Under the pieces are notes generated by a model. The model did not search any database. It was not told the DNA's origin and saw only the letters and a program-made list of their open reading frames with translations. The translations under genes were made by a program, and so were the position numbers. From Hyalangium minutum (lineage in GTDB: Bacteria > Myxococcota > Myxococcia > Myxococcales > Myxococcaceae), in assembly GCF_000737315.1 (NCBI RefSeq), contig NZ_JMCB01000002.1:144001-268000 (forward strand): DNA of 124,000 nucleotides, written 5' to 3'. Positions 29,824-39,561 of the stretch are shown one piece after another (within the stretch, counting starts at the first letter, position 1; every line of letters starts with the position of its first letter).

Positions 29824-32448
29824 TCACCGAGTGGCGAGAGTGTCCACGTGCTGGCGCAGCTTCGCCTCGTCGCCCATGCAGGCGCTGAGCCCCGGCAGCG
29901 GCTGGGCGGCCTGGGCAATCTTCCCGCGCGTGCGAGGCCCCGCCGCCACGAGCCACGCCACGCCCAGGGCCAGTTCGGCCACCTCGGTCACGCCGGTGAG
30001 GCCGGCGGCGAGCGAGAGCAGCGCCTCCACCGCCTTCTTCACCTGGGCGCCGTGCAGCGGGTGGTTGCTGGTGATGCCCTGGCGCAGCAGCTCCAGCAGC
30101 GCGAGCGCCGTGGCGCGGGCCTGCCGCACCGGCTCCGGTCCCGAGCCCGTGCCCGCCCAGAGCCCGCTGGCGAGCTGCTGGGACAGCAACTCAGTGGCGT
30201 CCGCGCCGTGGGCCGGTGCCTGCTCGGCGGCGGGGAGCGCCTCCTCCATTTCCATGCGGGCCGCGCCTTCGCTGGCACTCAACGCGTCGTCGTCCATGGG
30301 CTCAGGGGCGACACTCCGGCCTTTGACCATGCGCTCCAGCTCGGAGGCGGCCTCGAGGACCCGATCGGCCGCTCGGCGGAGAGCACCGGTGCTCCCATGC
30401 GCGCTGGCCGCCTTCTCCTTCGCGACGATGGGCATGGGGGCCGCGGCCATTGGCGCCGCAGCCGGACGTGCCGGAGCCGGAGGAGGAGGGCTGCCCGGGG
30501 CCGCGCCGCCCACAGCCGCGAAGGAACCGGTGATGGCCTGCTTCTTTTGGGGGGCCGCTCTGTTGCGCGGCATGACCGAGCGGCTCAGGTCCATCGAGTC
30601 CATCTTCGCCTCCTCCTGCTTCGCCGTGCCGAACATGTCCCAGCCCGCGGGAACATTCACGGGGACGACGCGCGTCTCCGGCTGGCCCGAGGCCCGGCGG
30701 TCTCCGGTGCGCTCCTCCACCACCACGAACGAGGTGTACTTGGTGACGATCTGGTGTTGGACGGCGAACTGGACGATGCGCTCCTTCATCCGCTGGGCGC
30801 GGCGCGGATCCACCAACTCCGCGGACTCCCAGGTGCGGATGCGCTCGGCGGCCCACAGCTTCTCCACGGCGGGCCGATCCGACGCCGCCGGGAAGTCCAC
30901 CGGGAGGGTGAGAGAGAAGGACTCCTGCCCCGAGCGGCCCCGGAGTGTCACCTTGCCCTGGCCCGGAGCGGTGTAGCGGCCGAACAGTGTCCACGGCACC
31001 GCGTCCACCAGCGGCGGCAGCTCGGCCGGAGCGAGCTCGGCGCCCGAGACGCCGTCGAAGCTGGCCGTCAGCTCCGTGACACGCGGGGCGAGCGCGCGGG
31101 AGAACTGGGCCACCACCTTGTCATCGATGCGCTCGCCGGGGTGGATGAACTCCACCGCGCCGCCCGTGTTCCGTGCCATGTCCTTGAGCAGCGCGTCGCT
31201 CACGTTGGTGCCGATGCCGAAGGAGTACACGCGCGTCGTCTTCCGCGCCGCGAGCACCGCCTTGAGGATCTCCGCCTCGTTGCCCACCTGTCCGTCCGTC
31301 AGCAGCACCACCACGCCGTCCGGCGCGCCCTGCACGGCGGCCAGCATGGGCTGCAGCAGCTCCGTGCCGCCCGAGGCTTGCAGCGCGGCCACCCACCGGT
31401 CCGCCTGCTCCAGCGTGTGCTGCGTGAAGACAGACGGCTCGTGGGAGAACTTCCGGAAGCTGTTCTCGAAGGCGATGATGTTGAAGCGATCGCCCTCGCG
31501 CAGGTGGCGCAGGCACAGCCGCAGCGCGCCCTGGGCCTGCGGCAGGCTCTCGCCGCCCATGGAGCCCGAGGTGTCCACCACGAACACCACCTCCTGGCGC
31601 TTGGCCGCGCCCGCCATCGCGAGCAGATCCGGCACCACGGTGAGCGCGAAGGTGCCCTCGCCCTCTCCCTTGCGGTGAGTGACGACGGTCGTCAGCGAGG
31701 CGCTCGTGTCATCGCTCCGCACGGTGATGACGAAGTCCCGGTCCAGGGCCACCTCGCCCTTGGCGAACTTCACGCGGACCTTGTGGCCGTCCTTCTCCAG
31801 GGTGAGCGCGTGCGAGGGGCTCTCCACCACCACCGCGCGGCCCAGGTCCACCAGCAGGTCCATCTTCAGGCCGTAGGCCACGTTCCCAATCGGAGGGGTG
31901 ATGCGATCGGCGTCCGGCACCTGGTTCGTGGGGCTGAACGTGCCGTGCCCCGTGCGGTCTCCCTGGCCCGAGCCCGGGATGTAGCGGGGCGCCACCAGCG
32001 TGGGCAGCATCCACCGCACGCTGCCTTCTTCCACTTGGATGGCCTGGAGGAACTCCACCTCGACGAGCGTCTCCTCGTTCGGCAGCAGGTTGCCCACCTG
32101 GGCGGTGAAGACGTTGGGGCGCTCCTGGTCGAGCAGTGCGGCGCCGTGGCCCGCGGTGATGGCGTCGTCATAGTCCTGGAACGCCTTCTCGCGCTCCTTC
32201 ACCACGCCCTGCACCTTGCGGCCGTTGCACTCCATGGAGAAGCCGATGAGCGTCCCGTCCGAGGGGAGCGGGAAGATATAGACGGCCTCTACGGGCCGGC
32301 TCTCGGTGTTGCGGTAGCGCTGGCGCACGCGCACCCGCGCATGACCGCCGAGCAGCTCACCGGTGACTTCCACGCCCTGCAGAGGGATCTGCGCGCCGCT
32401 CCGCATGAACAGCCCGCACTTCAACTGGCCTGCCGTCTCGATGGTCAT
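29824..32448 (-). CDS. VIT and vWA domain protein
   Basis: VIT (EAVYIFPLP, LLDQERPNVFT), MIDAS DTSGSM, LLTDGQV. Confidence 0.9.
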   Translation of the reverse strand: MTIETAGQLKCGLFMRSGAQIPLQGVEVTGELLGGHARVRVRQRYRNTESRPVEAVYIFPLPSDGTLIGFSMECNGRKVQGVVKEREKAFQDYDDAITAGHGAALLDQERPNVFTAQVGNLLPNEETLVEVEFLQAIQVEEGSVRWMLPTLVAPRYIPGSGQGDRTGHGTFSPTNQVPDADRITPPIGNVAYGLKMDLLVDLGRAVVVESPSHALTLEKDGHKVRVKFAKGEVALDRDFVITVRSDDTSASLTTVVTHRKGEGEGTFALTVVPDLLAMAGAAKRQEVVFVVDTSGSMGGESLPQAQGALRLCLRHLREGDRFNIIAFENSFRKFSHEPSVFTQHTLEQADRWVAALQASGGTELLQPMLAAVQGAPDGVVVLLTDGQVGNEAEILKAVLAARKTTRVYSFGIGTNVSDALLKDMARNTGGAVEFIHPGERIDDKVVAQFSRALAPRVTELTASFDGVSGAELAPAELPPLVDAVPWTLFGRYTAPGQGKVTLRGRSGQESFSLTLPVDFPAASDRPAVEKLWAAERIRTWESAELVDPRRAQRMKERIVQFAVQHQIVTKYTSFVVVEERTGDRRASGQPETRVVPVNVPAGWDMFGTAKQEEAKMDSMDLSRSVMPRNRAAPQKKQAITGSFAAVGGAAPGSPPPPAPARPAAAPMAAAPMPIVAKEKAASAHGSTGALRRAADRVLEAASELERMVKGRSVAPEPMDDDALSASEGAARMEMEEALPAAEQAPAHGADATELLSQQLASGLWAGTGSGPEPVRQARATALALLELLRQGITSNHPLHGAQVKKAVEALLSLAAGLTGVTEVAELALGVAWLVAAGPRTRGKIAQAAQPLPGLSACMGDEAKLRQHVDTLATR

Positions 32449-32455
32449 CTGGCTT

Positions 32456-32995
32456 CTACCTTTCCTCTGACTGCTCGATGAGGGCGCGCACGCGTTCGGC
32501 GAGCGCCCGGGTCTTCTCGTCTGCGGTGTCCGCGAGGTGCAGCTCCAGCCCCGGCGCCAGCTCCCACCGCCGGTAGCCTGTCACGGGCAACTGTCGCCCT
32601 GCTTGCACGGGCCCCGGCGTGGACACTCCGGAGGCCGGGGAGGGTTCCGACAGTGCCGTCGGAGCCGGTGGCAAGATGTCAGTGGGCACCTGGGCCTCGG
32701 ACAGCGCCTTCAGCTCCTCCGGGCTCAGCCGGGTCAGCTCCACCTGAATGGCATCGAGCGGCAGGAAGCGGGCCTGCAGCACGCGGATGGCCTTGAGCCG
32801 CTGCAGGTGCTCCTCGCCGTACACGGTGTCCGGCCCCTTGAAGGGCGGAGCGGGGAGCAGCCCTCGCTGGACGTAGTAGCGCACCGTGCGGGGGGAGACC
32901 CCTGCCTCGGCGGCCAGCTCGGCCAGCTTCCACTCGGTCTGTGTCTTCGTCGGGCTCACGAGACAGACAGTAAGACCCGACAGTTTAACTGTCAA
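32456..32995 (-). CDS. MerR-family HTH transcriptional regulator
   Basis: LAELAAEAGVSPRTVRYYVQRGLLP. Confidence 0.88.
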   Translation of the reverse strand: MTVKLSGLTVCLVSPTKTQTEWKLAELAAEAGVSPRTVRYYVQRGLLPAPPFKGPDTVYGEEHLQRLKAIRVLQARFLPLDAIQVELTRLSPEELKALSEAQVPTDILPPAPTALSEPSPASGVSTPGPVQAGRQLPVTGYRRWELAPGLELHLADTADEKTRALAERVRALIEQSEER

Positions 32996-33056
32996 GAAGA
33001 CAGTTGGTGGAATCTTGCCACTGGCGAGAAGGCCTCCCGGCGAGCCTCCCTCGGCC

Positions 33057-33803
33057 TCACCGCCCCATTCCTAGCGAGCGCAGCAAATCCAGGGGGATGG
33101 GGATGACGGTCTGGTTGCCGCTGTTGCTGATCTCCACCAGCGTCTGCAGGTAGCGGAGCTGGAGCGAGGAGGGGTTTCGAGAGAGCACATCGGCGGCCTG
33201 GGCGAGGCGCTCGGCAGCCTGGTGCTCGCCCTCGGCGGCGATGACCTTGGCGCGGCGCTCGCGCTCGGCCTCGGCCTGGCGGGCGATGGCGCGCTGCATC
33301 TCCACCGGCAGGTCCACGTTCTTCACCTCCACGTTGGAGACCTTGATGCCCCACGGGCCCGTGTGCGCGTCGAGCACCTGCTGGATCTCCTTGTTGACGC
33401 GGTCGCGCTGGGAGAGCAGGTCGTCCAGCTCCACCTGCCCGAGGATGGCGCGCAGCGTGGTCTGCGCCAGCTGGCTGGTGGCGTAGAGGTAGTCCTCCAC
33501 CTGGAGCACGGCCTTGTCGGCCTGGATGACGCGGAAGTAGACGACGGCGCTCACCTTCACGCTGACGTTGTCCTTGGTGATGACGTCCTGGGGGGGCACG
33601 TCCCGTGCCACGGTGCGCAGATCGATGATGACCATGCGCTCCACGAAGGGGATGAGCCAGCGGAAGCCGGCGCGCTTGAGCCCCACATAGCGGCCGAGCC
33701 GGAAGACGACTCCGTTCTGGTACTCGGTGACGATGCGGACGCCGGAGATGAAGAGGAAGAAGAGGAAGACCACGGGAATCAACAGGCCAAGGAGCTCGCT
33801 CAT
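33057..33803 (-). CDS. Slipin/stomatin (SPFH) family protein
   Basis: [45 protein letters not shown]. Confidence 0.95.
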   Translation of the reverse strand: MSELLGLLIPVVFLFFLFISGVRIVTEYQNGVVFRLGRYVGLKRAGFRWLIPFVERMVIIDLRTVARDVPPQDVITKDNVSVKVSAVVYFRVIQADKAVLQVEDYLYATSQLAQTTLRAILGQVELDDLLSQRDRVNKEIQQVLDAHTGPWGIKVSNVEVKNVDLPVEMQRAIARQAEAERERRAKVIAAEGEHQAAERLAQAADVLSRNPSSLQLRYLQTLVEISNSGNQTVIPIPLDLLRSLGMGR

Positions 33804-35152
33804 GTCTTCACCTCGTCGACGTACAGGGTGAGGCCCTCCACGCGGCGCACCACCACGGGGGTTCCGGCTTGGATGGGAGAGGCGGAGACGGCCCGCCAGC
33901 GCTCGCCGTGGACGAACACCTCGCCCCCCTCGGAGGAGACGGGCCCGAGCGTGGTGCCGCGTTCCCCTGGCAGCCCCGCGTCTCCGGCAAGCTGCGGCAG
34001 ATGGCGGGTCTGCGCGCTGCGGAAGGCGAGGAACACGGCGAAGCCGGCGACCACGATGGCCGTGGGGAGCACCAACGGCAGGGGCACGGACGCGCGCGAG
34101 GAAGGGTCGACGAACCATTCCGGGTCGAAGCGATCCACCAGCAGCACGCCTCCGAGGATGAGCAGCAGCGCCCCGCCAGCGCCGAGCAGGCCGCTGGTGA
34201 CGAAGATCTCCGCGATGAGCATGCCGATGCCCAGGAAGAGGAGCAGGACGGCGCCGGTGCGCACGGGCAAGGCCGAGGAGGCCAGCAGGGCGAGCACGAA
34301 GGCCACGATGCTGATGAGGCCCGGGGCGAAGACGCCCGGATGGGTCAGCTCCACCATGAGCCCGAGCGCGGCCACGAGGAAGAGCATGTAGACGATGGCG
34401 GGCTCCGCGAGCCCATGGAGCAGGCGCTGGGAGAGACTCGGCGAGAGCTCCACCACCTGGGCCTCGCGCGTGGCGAGCTGCCGAGGCCCATCCGCTGTCT
34501 CGACGCGCCGGCCATCCGCCCATGCGAGGAACGCCTCCTCCGAGGAGGCCACCGTCTCCACGACGTGCAGCTCCACGGCGCGGTCGGCGGGGACGCTGAC
34601 GCTCTCACGCACGGCGGTGGCGGCCCACTCGGCGTTGCGGCCGCGCTGGCGGGCGATGCTCTCGGCGAAGGCGGCGGTGTCGTTCTCGATCTTCCGGGCC
34701 ATGGCCTCGCCCGCCTGTTGGGGATCTTCCCCGGTCAGTCCGAGGACGGGGTGCGCCGCGCCAATGTTCGTTCCCGGCGCCATGGCGGCCAGGTGCGATG
34801 CGAGGGTGACGAAGACGCCCGCGCTCCCCGCCCGGGCGCCCGAGGGCCCCACCCAGACCAGCACCGGCACGCGCGAGGCGAGGAAGGCCCGGACGATGGC
34901 GCGGGTGGACTCCAAGGAGCCGCCGGGCGTGTCCACCCGGACGAGCAACGCGGCATGGCCCGCCTCCTCCGCCTTTCGGACGCACTCGGTCAGATAGGCG
35001 CCCGAGCCGGCATCCACGATGCCTTCGAGCACACAGCGGGACACGATGGGCCTGTCACGAGGGGACTCGGCGAGGACGCCGCTCGCCAGCATCAGCCCGA
35101 GCAGCGGGAGGACACGGGCCCTCCGCCAGGCCATGCGAGTCCCGGAGTTCAT
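33800..35152 (-). CDS. nfeD: NfeD long form (ClpP-like serine protease, TM region, OB fold)
   Basis: [34 protein letters not shown]; overlaps slipin start. Confidence 0.92.
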   Translation of the reverse strand: MNSGTRMAWRRARVLPLLGLMLASGVLAESPRDRPIVSRCVLEGIVDAGSGAYLTECVRKAEEAGHAALLVRVDTPGGSLESTRAIVRAFLASRVPVLVWVGPSGARAGSAGVFVTLASHLAAMAPGTNIGAAHPVLGLTGEDPQQAGEAMARKIENDTAAFAESIARQRGRNAEWAATAVRESVSVPADRAVELHVVETVASSEEAFLAWADGRRVETADGPRQLATREAQVVELSPSLSQRLLHGLAEPAIVYMLFLVAALGLMVELTHPGVFAPGLISIVAFVLALLASSALPVRTGAVLLLFLGIGMLIAEIFVTSGLLGAGGALLLILGGVLLVDRFDPEWFVDPSSRASVPLPLVLPTAIVVAGFAVFLAFRSAQTRHLPQLAGDAGLPGERGTTLGPVSSEGGEVFVHGERWRAVSASPIQAGTPVVVRRVEGLTLYVDEVKT

Positions 35153-36441
35153 GCGGGAGCGCTCGGTTGGGAGGCGAGGGCCAGCCCTCGAGGCGCCAGG
35201 GGCCTGTCGTGGGCCAGTGCATCCATCATTCGCAGTTCGTCGAGCAGCAGCCGGGGGAAGAGGAAGTTCTGGCGGACGTGCTCCCGGCCCCGCTCGCCCA
35301 GACACTGGGCCTCTTGTGGGTGGCGCAGCAGGTGGAGCACGGCTTCGGCGCACTCCTCCACGTTGTCCACGAGGATGCCGCCCGTGCCCTCGGGCATCTG
35401 GATCGGGATGCCGCCGGCACGTCCGGCGACGACGGGGGTGCCCTTCCACAGTGCCTCGGACACGACGAGCCCGAAGCCCTCGCGGATGGACTTCTGGATG
35501 ACGACGTCCGAGAGCGACTGGAAGGCGTTGACCTCCATGTTTCCCACGCCCACCAGGTTGGTGAAGATGTGGATGCGATTGTCGCCTGTGGTGACGTCGC
35601 GGATCTGCCGGTAGATGTCCCAGCCTTCGGGATCATCCAGGGCGAGCGAGCCCACCATGGCCAGCTGCAGCTCAGGGATGTGGGCACGCACGCGCCGGTA
35701 TGCGGCGATGACGCCCAGGGGGTCCTTCCACGGATCGAAGCGGCTGATCTGGGTGACGAGAGGCCGGCTCAGACGCACGCCGAGCCACTCGAGCAACTGG
35801 CGCGCAAGGTCCACCGGGAGGGGGAGGTTCTTGGGGCTGAGCGGATCAATGGCCGGCGAGTGGATGGCCACGCGGCCGATGGGGAACCTCGGGGGGATGA
35901 ACTCGGGCAGGGTGAAGATGGCGGCGTCGTAGGGGTAGAGGAACGGGCGGAGGAACTCCCAGGCCTCGGGGTTGGGGCTGGAGGTGTCGATGTGACAGCG
36001 CCAGATCCATCGCGCGTCCTGGCGGTCGGCGAGCATGGCCAAGGCGGCCGGCTGCGGATCGTGGACGACGATGAAGTCATAGTCCGTGGACAGGTTGCGG
36101 GCGTTGAGCTGCGAGTGGGCGAGGTACGTGGCCTTGTCCGTCTCGGAGAAGCCGCCGGGGGCTCCCTGAAGACCGTTGTGGAGACGCTTGGTGACCTGAA
36201 AGAAGGCCTGGTCGCCCCGGATGAGCTGCCAGTCGGCCACCAGACCTAGATCATTGAGCAGCGCAACGCCCGAACGGAGGAGTTCCGAGACTCCGCCTCC
36301 GTACGGCGTGGCGTTGAGGTGCAGGACGCGGGCGCCGCGCAGGCGCTCGGCCAGATGGAGCACCTCCTCGATGTGCTCCTCGGGGGCAATGCCCCTGTAC
36401 GCGGAGAACGAGCGCTTCCCGAGATCGACGAGGTCCAGCAT
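35149..36441 (-). CDS. treT: GT4 glycosyltransferase, TreT-like trehalose synthase
   Basis: [54 protein letters not shown]. Confidence 0.85.
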   Translation of the reverse strand: MLDLVDLGKRSFSAYRGIAPEEHIEEVLHLAERLRGARVLHLNATPYGGGVSELLRSGVALLNDLGLVADWQLIRGDQAFFQVTKRLHNGLQGAPGGFSETDKATYLAHSQLNARNLSTDYDFIVVHDPQPAALAMLADRQDARWIWRCHIDTSSPNPEAWEFLRPFLYPYDAAIFTLPEFIPPRFPIGRVAIHSPAIDPLSPKNLPLPVDLARQLLEWLGVRLSRPLVTQISRFDPWKDPLGVIAAYRRVRAHIPELQLAMVGSLALDDPEGWDIYRQIRDVTTGDNRIHIFTNLVGVGNMEVNAFQSLSDVVIQKSIREGFGLVVSEALWKGTPVVAGRAGGIPIQMPEGTGGILVDNVEECAEAVLHLLRHPQEAQCLGERGREHVRQNFLFPRLLLDELRMMDALAHDRPLAPRGLALASQPSAPA

Positions 36442-36635
36442 GGAGCCCTCCGGGACGAAGTTGGGTCTGGAGCCACCGCGCGACAGCCGGGCCGAAGGGC
36501 AAGCCCGGGGCGGGGGGCGCAGGGCGGGGGCTTGCCCGGCTGGGGGCCGCATCCGATGCCGAACGGATGCGCTCGCAGCGCATTGCCTGAAGTGAGGCCG
36601 GTTCCTAGCGTCCTCGGAGGCCCTTAGGAGGACTT

Positions 36636-36827
36636 ATGCGTCGTGCCGTACTCATCGCTGTCTCTTTGGCTGCTCTTTCCACTGCCTGCCGGACGACCCA
36701 GCCGCAGGGCGCGGACAACCAGGTGCCCATCGACAACCCAGGGCAGGAGTCCATCCAGACGGTCCCTGCGGAGCCCCCAGGCCCTGGCAGCCCCATCACT
36801 GCCCCGGTGGACGCTCCCAAAGGGTAG
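36636..36827 (+). CDS. Small Pro-rich lipoprotein
   Basis: AGGAGG RBS; signal peptide with LSTAC lipobox. Confidence 0.65.
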   Translation: MRRAVLIAVSLAALSTACRTTQPQGADNQVPIDNPGQESIQTVPAEPPGPGSPITAPVDAPKG

Positions 36828-36854
36828 AAGCCACTGAGCCGAAGCAGCCGCGCG

Positions 36855-37748
36855 CTACTGGAAGATGTCCGAGCGGGCGGCCTCGGCGATGGCGACGACA
36901 GCGGGGTGACGCAGCCGGCGCTCGACGGTGATGGCGTAGAAGCAGTTCTCGATCTCGTCGGTGCGGCCGATGACGGTGACGTCGAACTGGCGGACGACCT
37001 CGGCCTCGATGACGGAGGGCATGGCGAAGACGCCGAGCCCGCGCTGACCGAAGGCCTTGAGGAGGGCGCTGTCGTCGAAGTCGCCGACGATGGTGGGGCG
37101 CACGCCCTTGCCATCGAACCAGACGTCGAGCGCGTGGCGGACGGCGCTGGCCTCGGAGGGCATGAGCATGGGGGCGCCGTGGAGGGAGCGGGGGAAGTCC
37201 TTCTTGAGGTGGCCGTGGATGGCCGCAGCGAAGAAGGACACCCCGCACTTGCCGAGCAGGTGGTTGAAGGCTCGGACACTGACGGGCTCTGAGCCGGGGG
37301 CATCGGCGAGCACGACGTCCAGCTCATGCAGGGCGAGCGAGGCGAGGAGCTGGGGGAGGGGGCCTTCGCGGCAGATGATGCGCAGGGGGCCGACGTCGAG
37401 GGCGGGCTGGAGGAGCCGCTCGGCGACGACCTTGGGGACGACGTCAGCGACGCCGACCTGAAGGCGGAGTTGCTGGCCGGAGGGGAGGCCGCTGACGACG
37501 TTCTTGAGCTCGTTGCCGAGGCGGAAAATCTCATCGGCGTAGCGCATGACGGTGCGGCCGACGTCAGTGAGGACGAGCTTGCGACCCTGTCGCTCGAAGA
37601 GCTTGTGGCCGAGCGCCTCCTCGAGGAGCTTGATCTGGCTGCTGATGGTGGGCTGGGCGAGGTGGAGTTCTTCGCCGGCCTTGGCGATGGTGCCGGCCCG
37701 GGCCACGGTCCAGAAGTAGAGCAGGTGGTGGTAATTGAGCCAGCTCAA
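36855..37748 (-). CDS. nhaR: NhaR-type LysR transcriptional activator
   Basis: WLNYHHLLYFWTVA, QPTISSQIKLLE, DFDDSALLKAFG; TTG start. Confidence 0.9.
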   Translation of the reverse strand: MSWLNYHHLLYFWTVARAGTIAKAGEELHLAQPTISSQIKLLEEALGHKLFERQGRKLVLTDVGRTVMRYADEIFRLGNELKNVVSGLPSGQQLRLQVGVADVVPKVVAERLLQPALDVGPLRIICREGPLPQLLASLALHELDVVLADAPGSEPVSVRAFNHLLGKCGVSFFAAAIHGHLKKDFPRSLHGAPMLMPSEASAVRHALDVWFDGKGVRPTIVGDFDDSALLKAFGQRGLGVFAMPSVIEAEVVRQFDVTVIGRTDEIENCFYAITVERRLRHPAVVAIAEAARSDIFQ

Positions 37749-37922
37749 GCTTTCCTCAAGGGGTCGGGACGAACGTTCGATGCTCGGGTAGGTAAGGGGT
37801 TCCGTACTGGGGGTGACGTGGCGGGCTGGCCGAAGGGTGGGCGTACGAGGGTAGGAGGGGTGTAGGGTCTAGGCGAGTGGCCGGGCGGCCGGGCGTTAAA
37901 GGCAGGAAGGATCAGAACGCGC

Positions 37923-37951
37923 TTGACGTAGGAGAGGAGTCCCCGTAAATC
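37923..37951 (+). promoter_or_regulatory. Sigma70 promoter of tRNA-Phe
   Basis: TTGACG-17nt-TAAATC ending 25 nt before the tRNA. Confidence 0.6.
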
Positions 37952-37976
37952 GGCGCTGCTTTGCGCGGTGACACCC

Positions 37977-38049
37977 GCCCAGGTAGCTCAGTCGGTAGAG
38001 CAGGGGACTGAAAATCCCCGTGTCGGTGGTTCGATTCCGCCCCTGGGCA
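37977..38049 (+). tRNA. tRNA-Phe (GAA)
   Basis: GCCCAGG/CCTGGGC acceptor stem, D-loop AGTCGGTA, anticodon arm GGGGA-CTGAAAA-TCCCC, T-loop TTCGATT; CCA not encoded. Confidence 0.98.
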
Positions 38050-38070
38050 CAAGAAGCTGAAGAAATTTCA

Positions 38071-38105
38071 GGGCCTTGAACTTCGGTTCAAGGCCCTTCT
38101 TTTTT
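38071..38105 (+). terminator. Rho-independent terminator of tRNA-Phe
   Basis: GGGCCTTGAA-CTTCGG-TTCAAGGCCC followed by a T-rich tract. Confidence 0.9.
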
Positions 38106-38194
38106 GCCCGCCGAGAGGAAGGCCTGTGCCGGCGTGGGGCTCCAGGGAACTGCTCTGCACCCGTCCACACCCTCCACAGGCCTCCCATCCTCGG

Positions 38195-38368
38195 CTAGTA
38201 GTTAGGCTCGCACAGCGAAGGCACGTTGATGCATTCGCAGCAGATATCCAACTCAGAGACCTCGGTCCCGAGGGTCGCCGACATCTCCAGGCGAGACTCC
38301 AGCTCGGTCAGCTGAAACTCCTCCATCAGCTCATCGGTTGCGACAGACACGGGCTTCTTTGCGGCCAT
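38195..38368 (-). CDS. Putative RiPP precursor peptide, 57 aa, Cys-rich core (not in ORF track)
   Basis: Translated by hand: MAAKKPVSVATDELMEEFQLTELESRLEMSATLGTEVSELDICCECINVPSLCEPNY; GGAGG RBS 7 nt before ATG; directly downstream of the acyltransferase. Confidence 0.8.
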   Translation of the reverse strand: MAAKKPVSVATDELMEEFQLTELESRLEMSATLGTEVSELDICCECINVPSLCEPNY

Positions 38369-38400
38369 GGTGTTTCCTCCGGTGGTACGACAGTCAAGGT

Positions 38401-39561
38401 TCAGGGGCTCCCGGCGCTCGCCAGCGCGCCTACGTCGAGCAGCTTGCGGATCCGCGCATTCGACAAGTCCAGCGCGGCCCGTGCGGAAGGGCGCTCAACG
38501 GCTGCGCGGAACACGTCAGCTGCCTCCTGGTCGAGCATGAGGCAGCTGTGGCGGGCCTTGTCGAGCAGGACCGGCTGCTCCCCATACACCAGCAGCGCGA
38601 ACCGGCCGGTATCGGCGCGCAGCTCCGCGGCGCCCTCCTCGACCGTCCGCGCGGCGGGACGCACATCCGTGTTTCGCTGGAGATAGCGCTCGACGTAAAG
38701 CCAGCCTTCCCACTGCCCCAGCGCATCGGCCACGGACTGTTCCAGCAGGCGGTACAGCGCCTGGGTTGTGCTGGCGGCGTACTGCTCACGATCGTCTCCG
38801 GACGGGACAATCGGCGGATGAAAGGTCAGCGACAGGGAATGATCGGCGTCGCGCCGGCACACCACGGGCACCACGGGTACGCCTGAGAGGTGGCTCAGAT
38901 AGGCGATTCCAGCACGCGCCATGAGCTGCTGGCCGAAGAACTCCACGGGCACCATGCTGCCGTTGTCCTTGTTGTTACCGACTCCCGCGTTGCCGTCGAT
39001 GTAGAGGACGAGCGACGCGCCGCGCCTGAGGGCACGCAGGCCGAACAGGAGGCTGTTGCGGTCTTGGGCGTTGACCGTGCGGAGCGTGCCCGTCCAGCCC
39101 CGGGCCCGCGCGGCATCCTGCACCCCCTCGAGGATGTCCTGCCCCTGCTTGTTCAGCGTATTCCCAGCCAGGAACAACACGCAGTCGGTTCCGGCGCGCA
39201 TCAGGAAGTGGAACAAGTGCCGATACGAACCCGCGTGGTAGGTGCAGAAGATGTGGCTGCCCGCCGTCCGTCCGTCCAAGAAGATGCCAGCCAGATCACG
39301 CAGGCGCGTCGTCTGCACCAGGTCGTATTGCTTCTGGTCGAGCACCGCCATGCGCTGCTGGAAGATCACCTCCGCGATGACCGCCTCCCGGCGCTCGCGC
39401 GGCAGCCGCGGGAAGAAGTAACGCAGGTTGGCGTCGCACAGGTGGTAGGCATTGTTGAACGCATCGGACTGGCGCGGCGCACTGACGACACCGTCCAAGG
39501 CGCGGCGCAGCGCCACGATGAGCTCGTCTGCCTTGCGAGCATAGTGTGCGTCCACGCTCAT
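38401..39561 (-). CDS. LpxL/LPLAT-like acyltransferase with C-terminal PqqD/RRE-like domain
   Basis: TYHAGSY, LRRGASLVLYIDGNAG, VEFFGQ, GVPVVPV and QWEGW match lipid A acyltransferase blocks; C-terminal GEQPVLLD..HSCLMLDQEAADVF resembles PqqD; ATGA overlap with upstream gene. Confidence 0.75.
   Translation of the reverse strand: MSVDAHYARKADELIVALRRALDGVVSAPRQSDAFNNAYHLCDANLRYFFPRLPRERREAVIAEVIFQQRMAVLDQKQYDLVQTTRLRDLAGIFLDGRTAGSHIFCTYHAGSYRHLFHFLMRAGTDCVLFLAGNTLNKQGQDILEGVQDAARARGWTGTLRTVNAQDRNSLLFGLRALRRGASLVLYIDGNAGVGNNKDNGSMVPVEFFGQQLMARAGIAYLSHLSGVPVVPVVCRRDADHSLSLTFHPPIVPSGDDREQYAASTTQALYRLLEQSVADALGQWEGWLYVERYLQRNTDVRPAARTVEEGAAELRADTGRFALLVYGEQPVLLDKARHSCLMLDQEAADVFRAAVERPSARAALDLSNARIRKLLDVGALASAGSP

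Noticed and set aside
38161-38178. CCGTCCACAC / CCTCCACA resembling DnaA boxes
   Set aside because: Poor match to TTATCCACA, only two copies, and no oriC context
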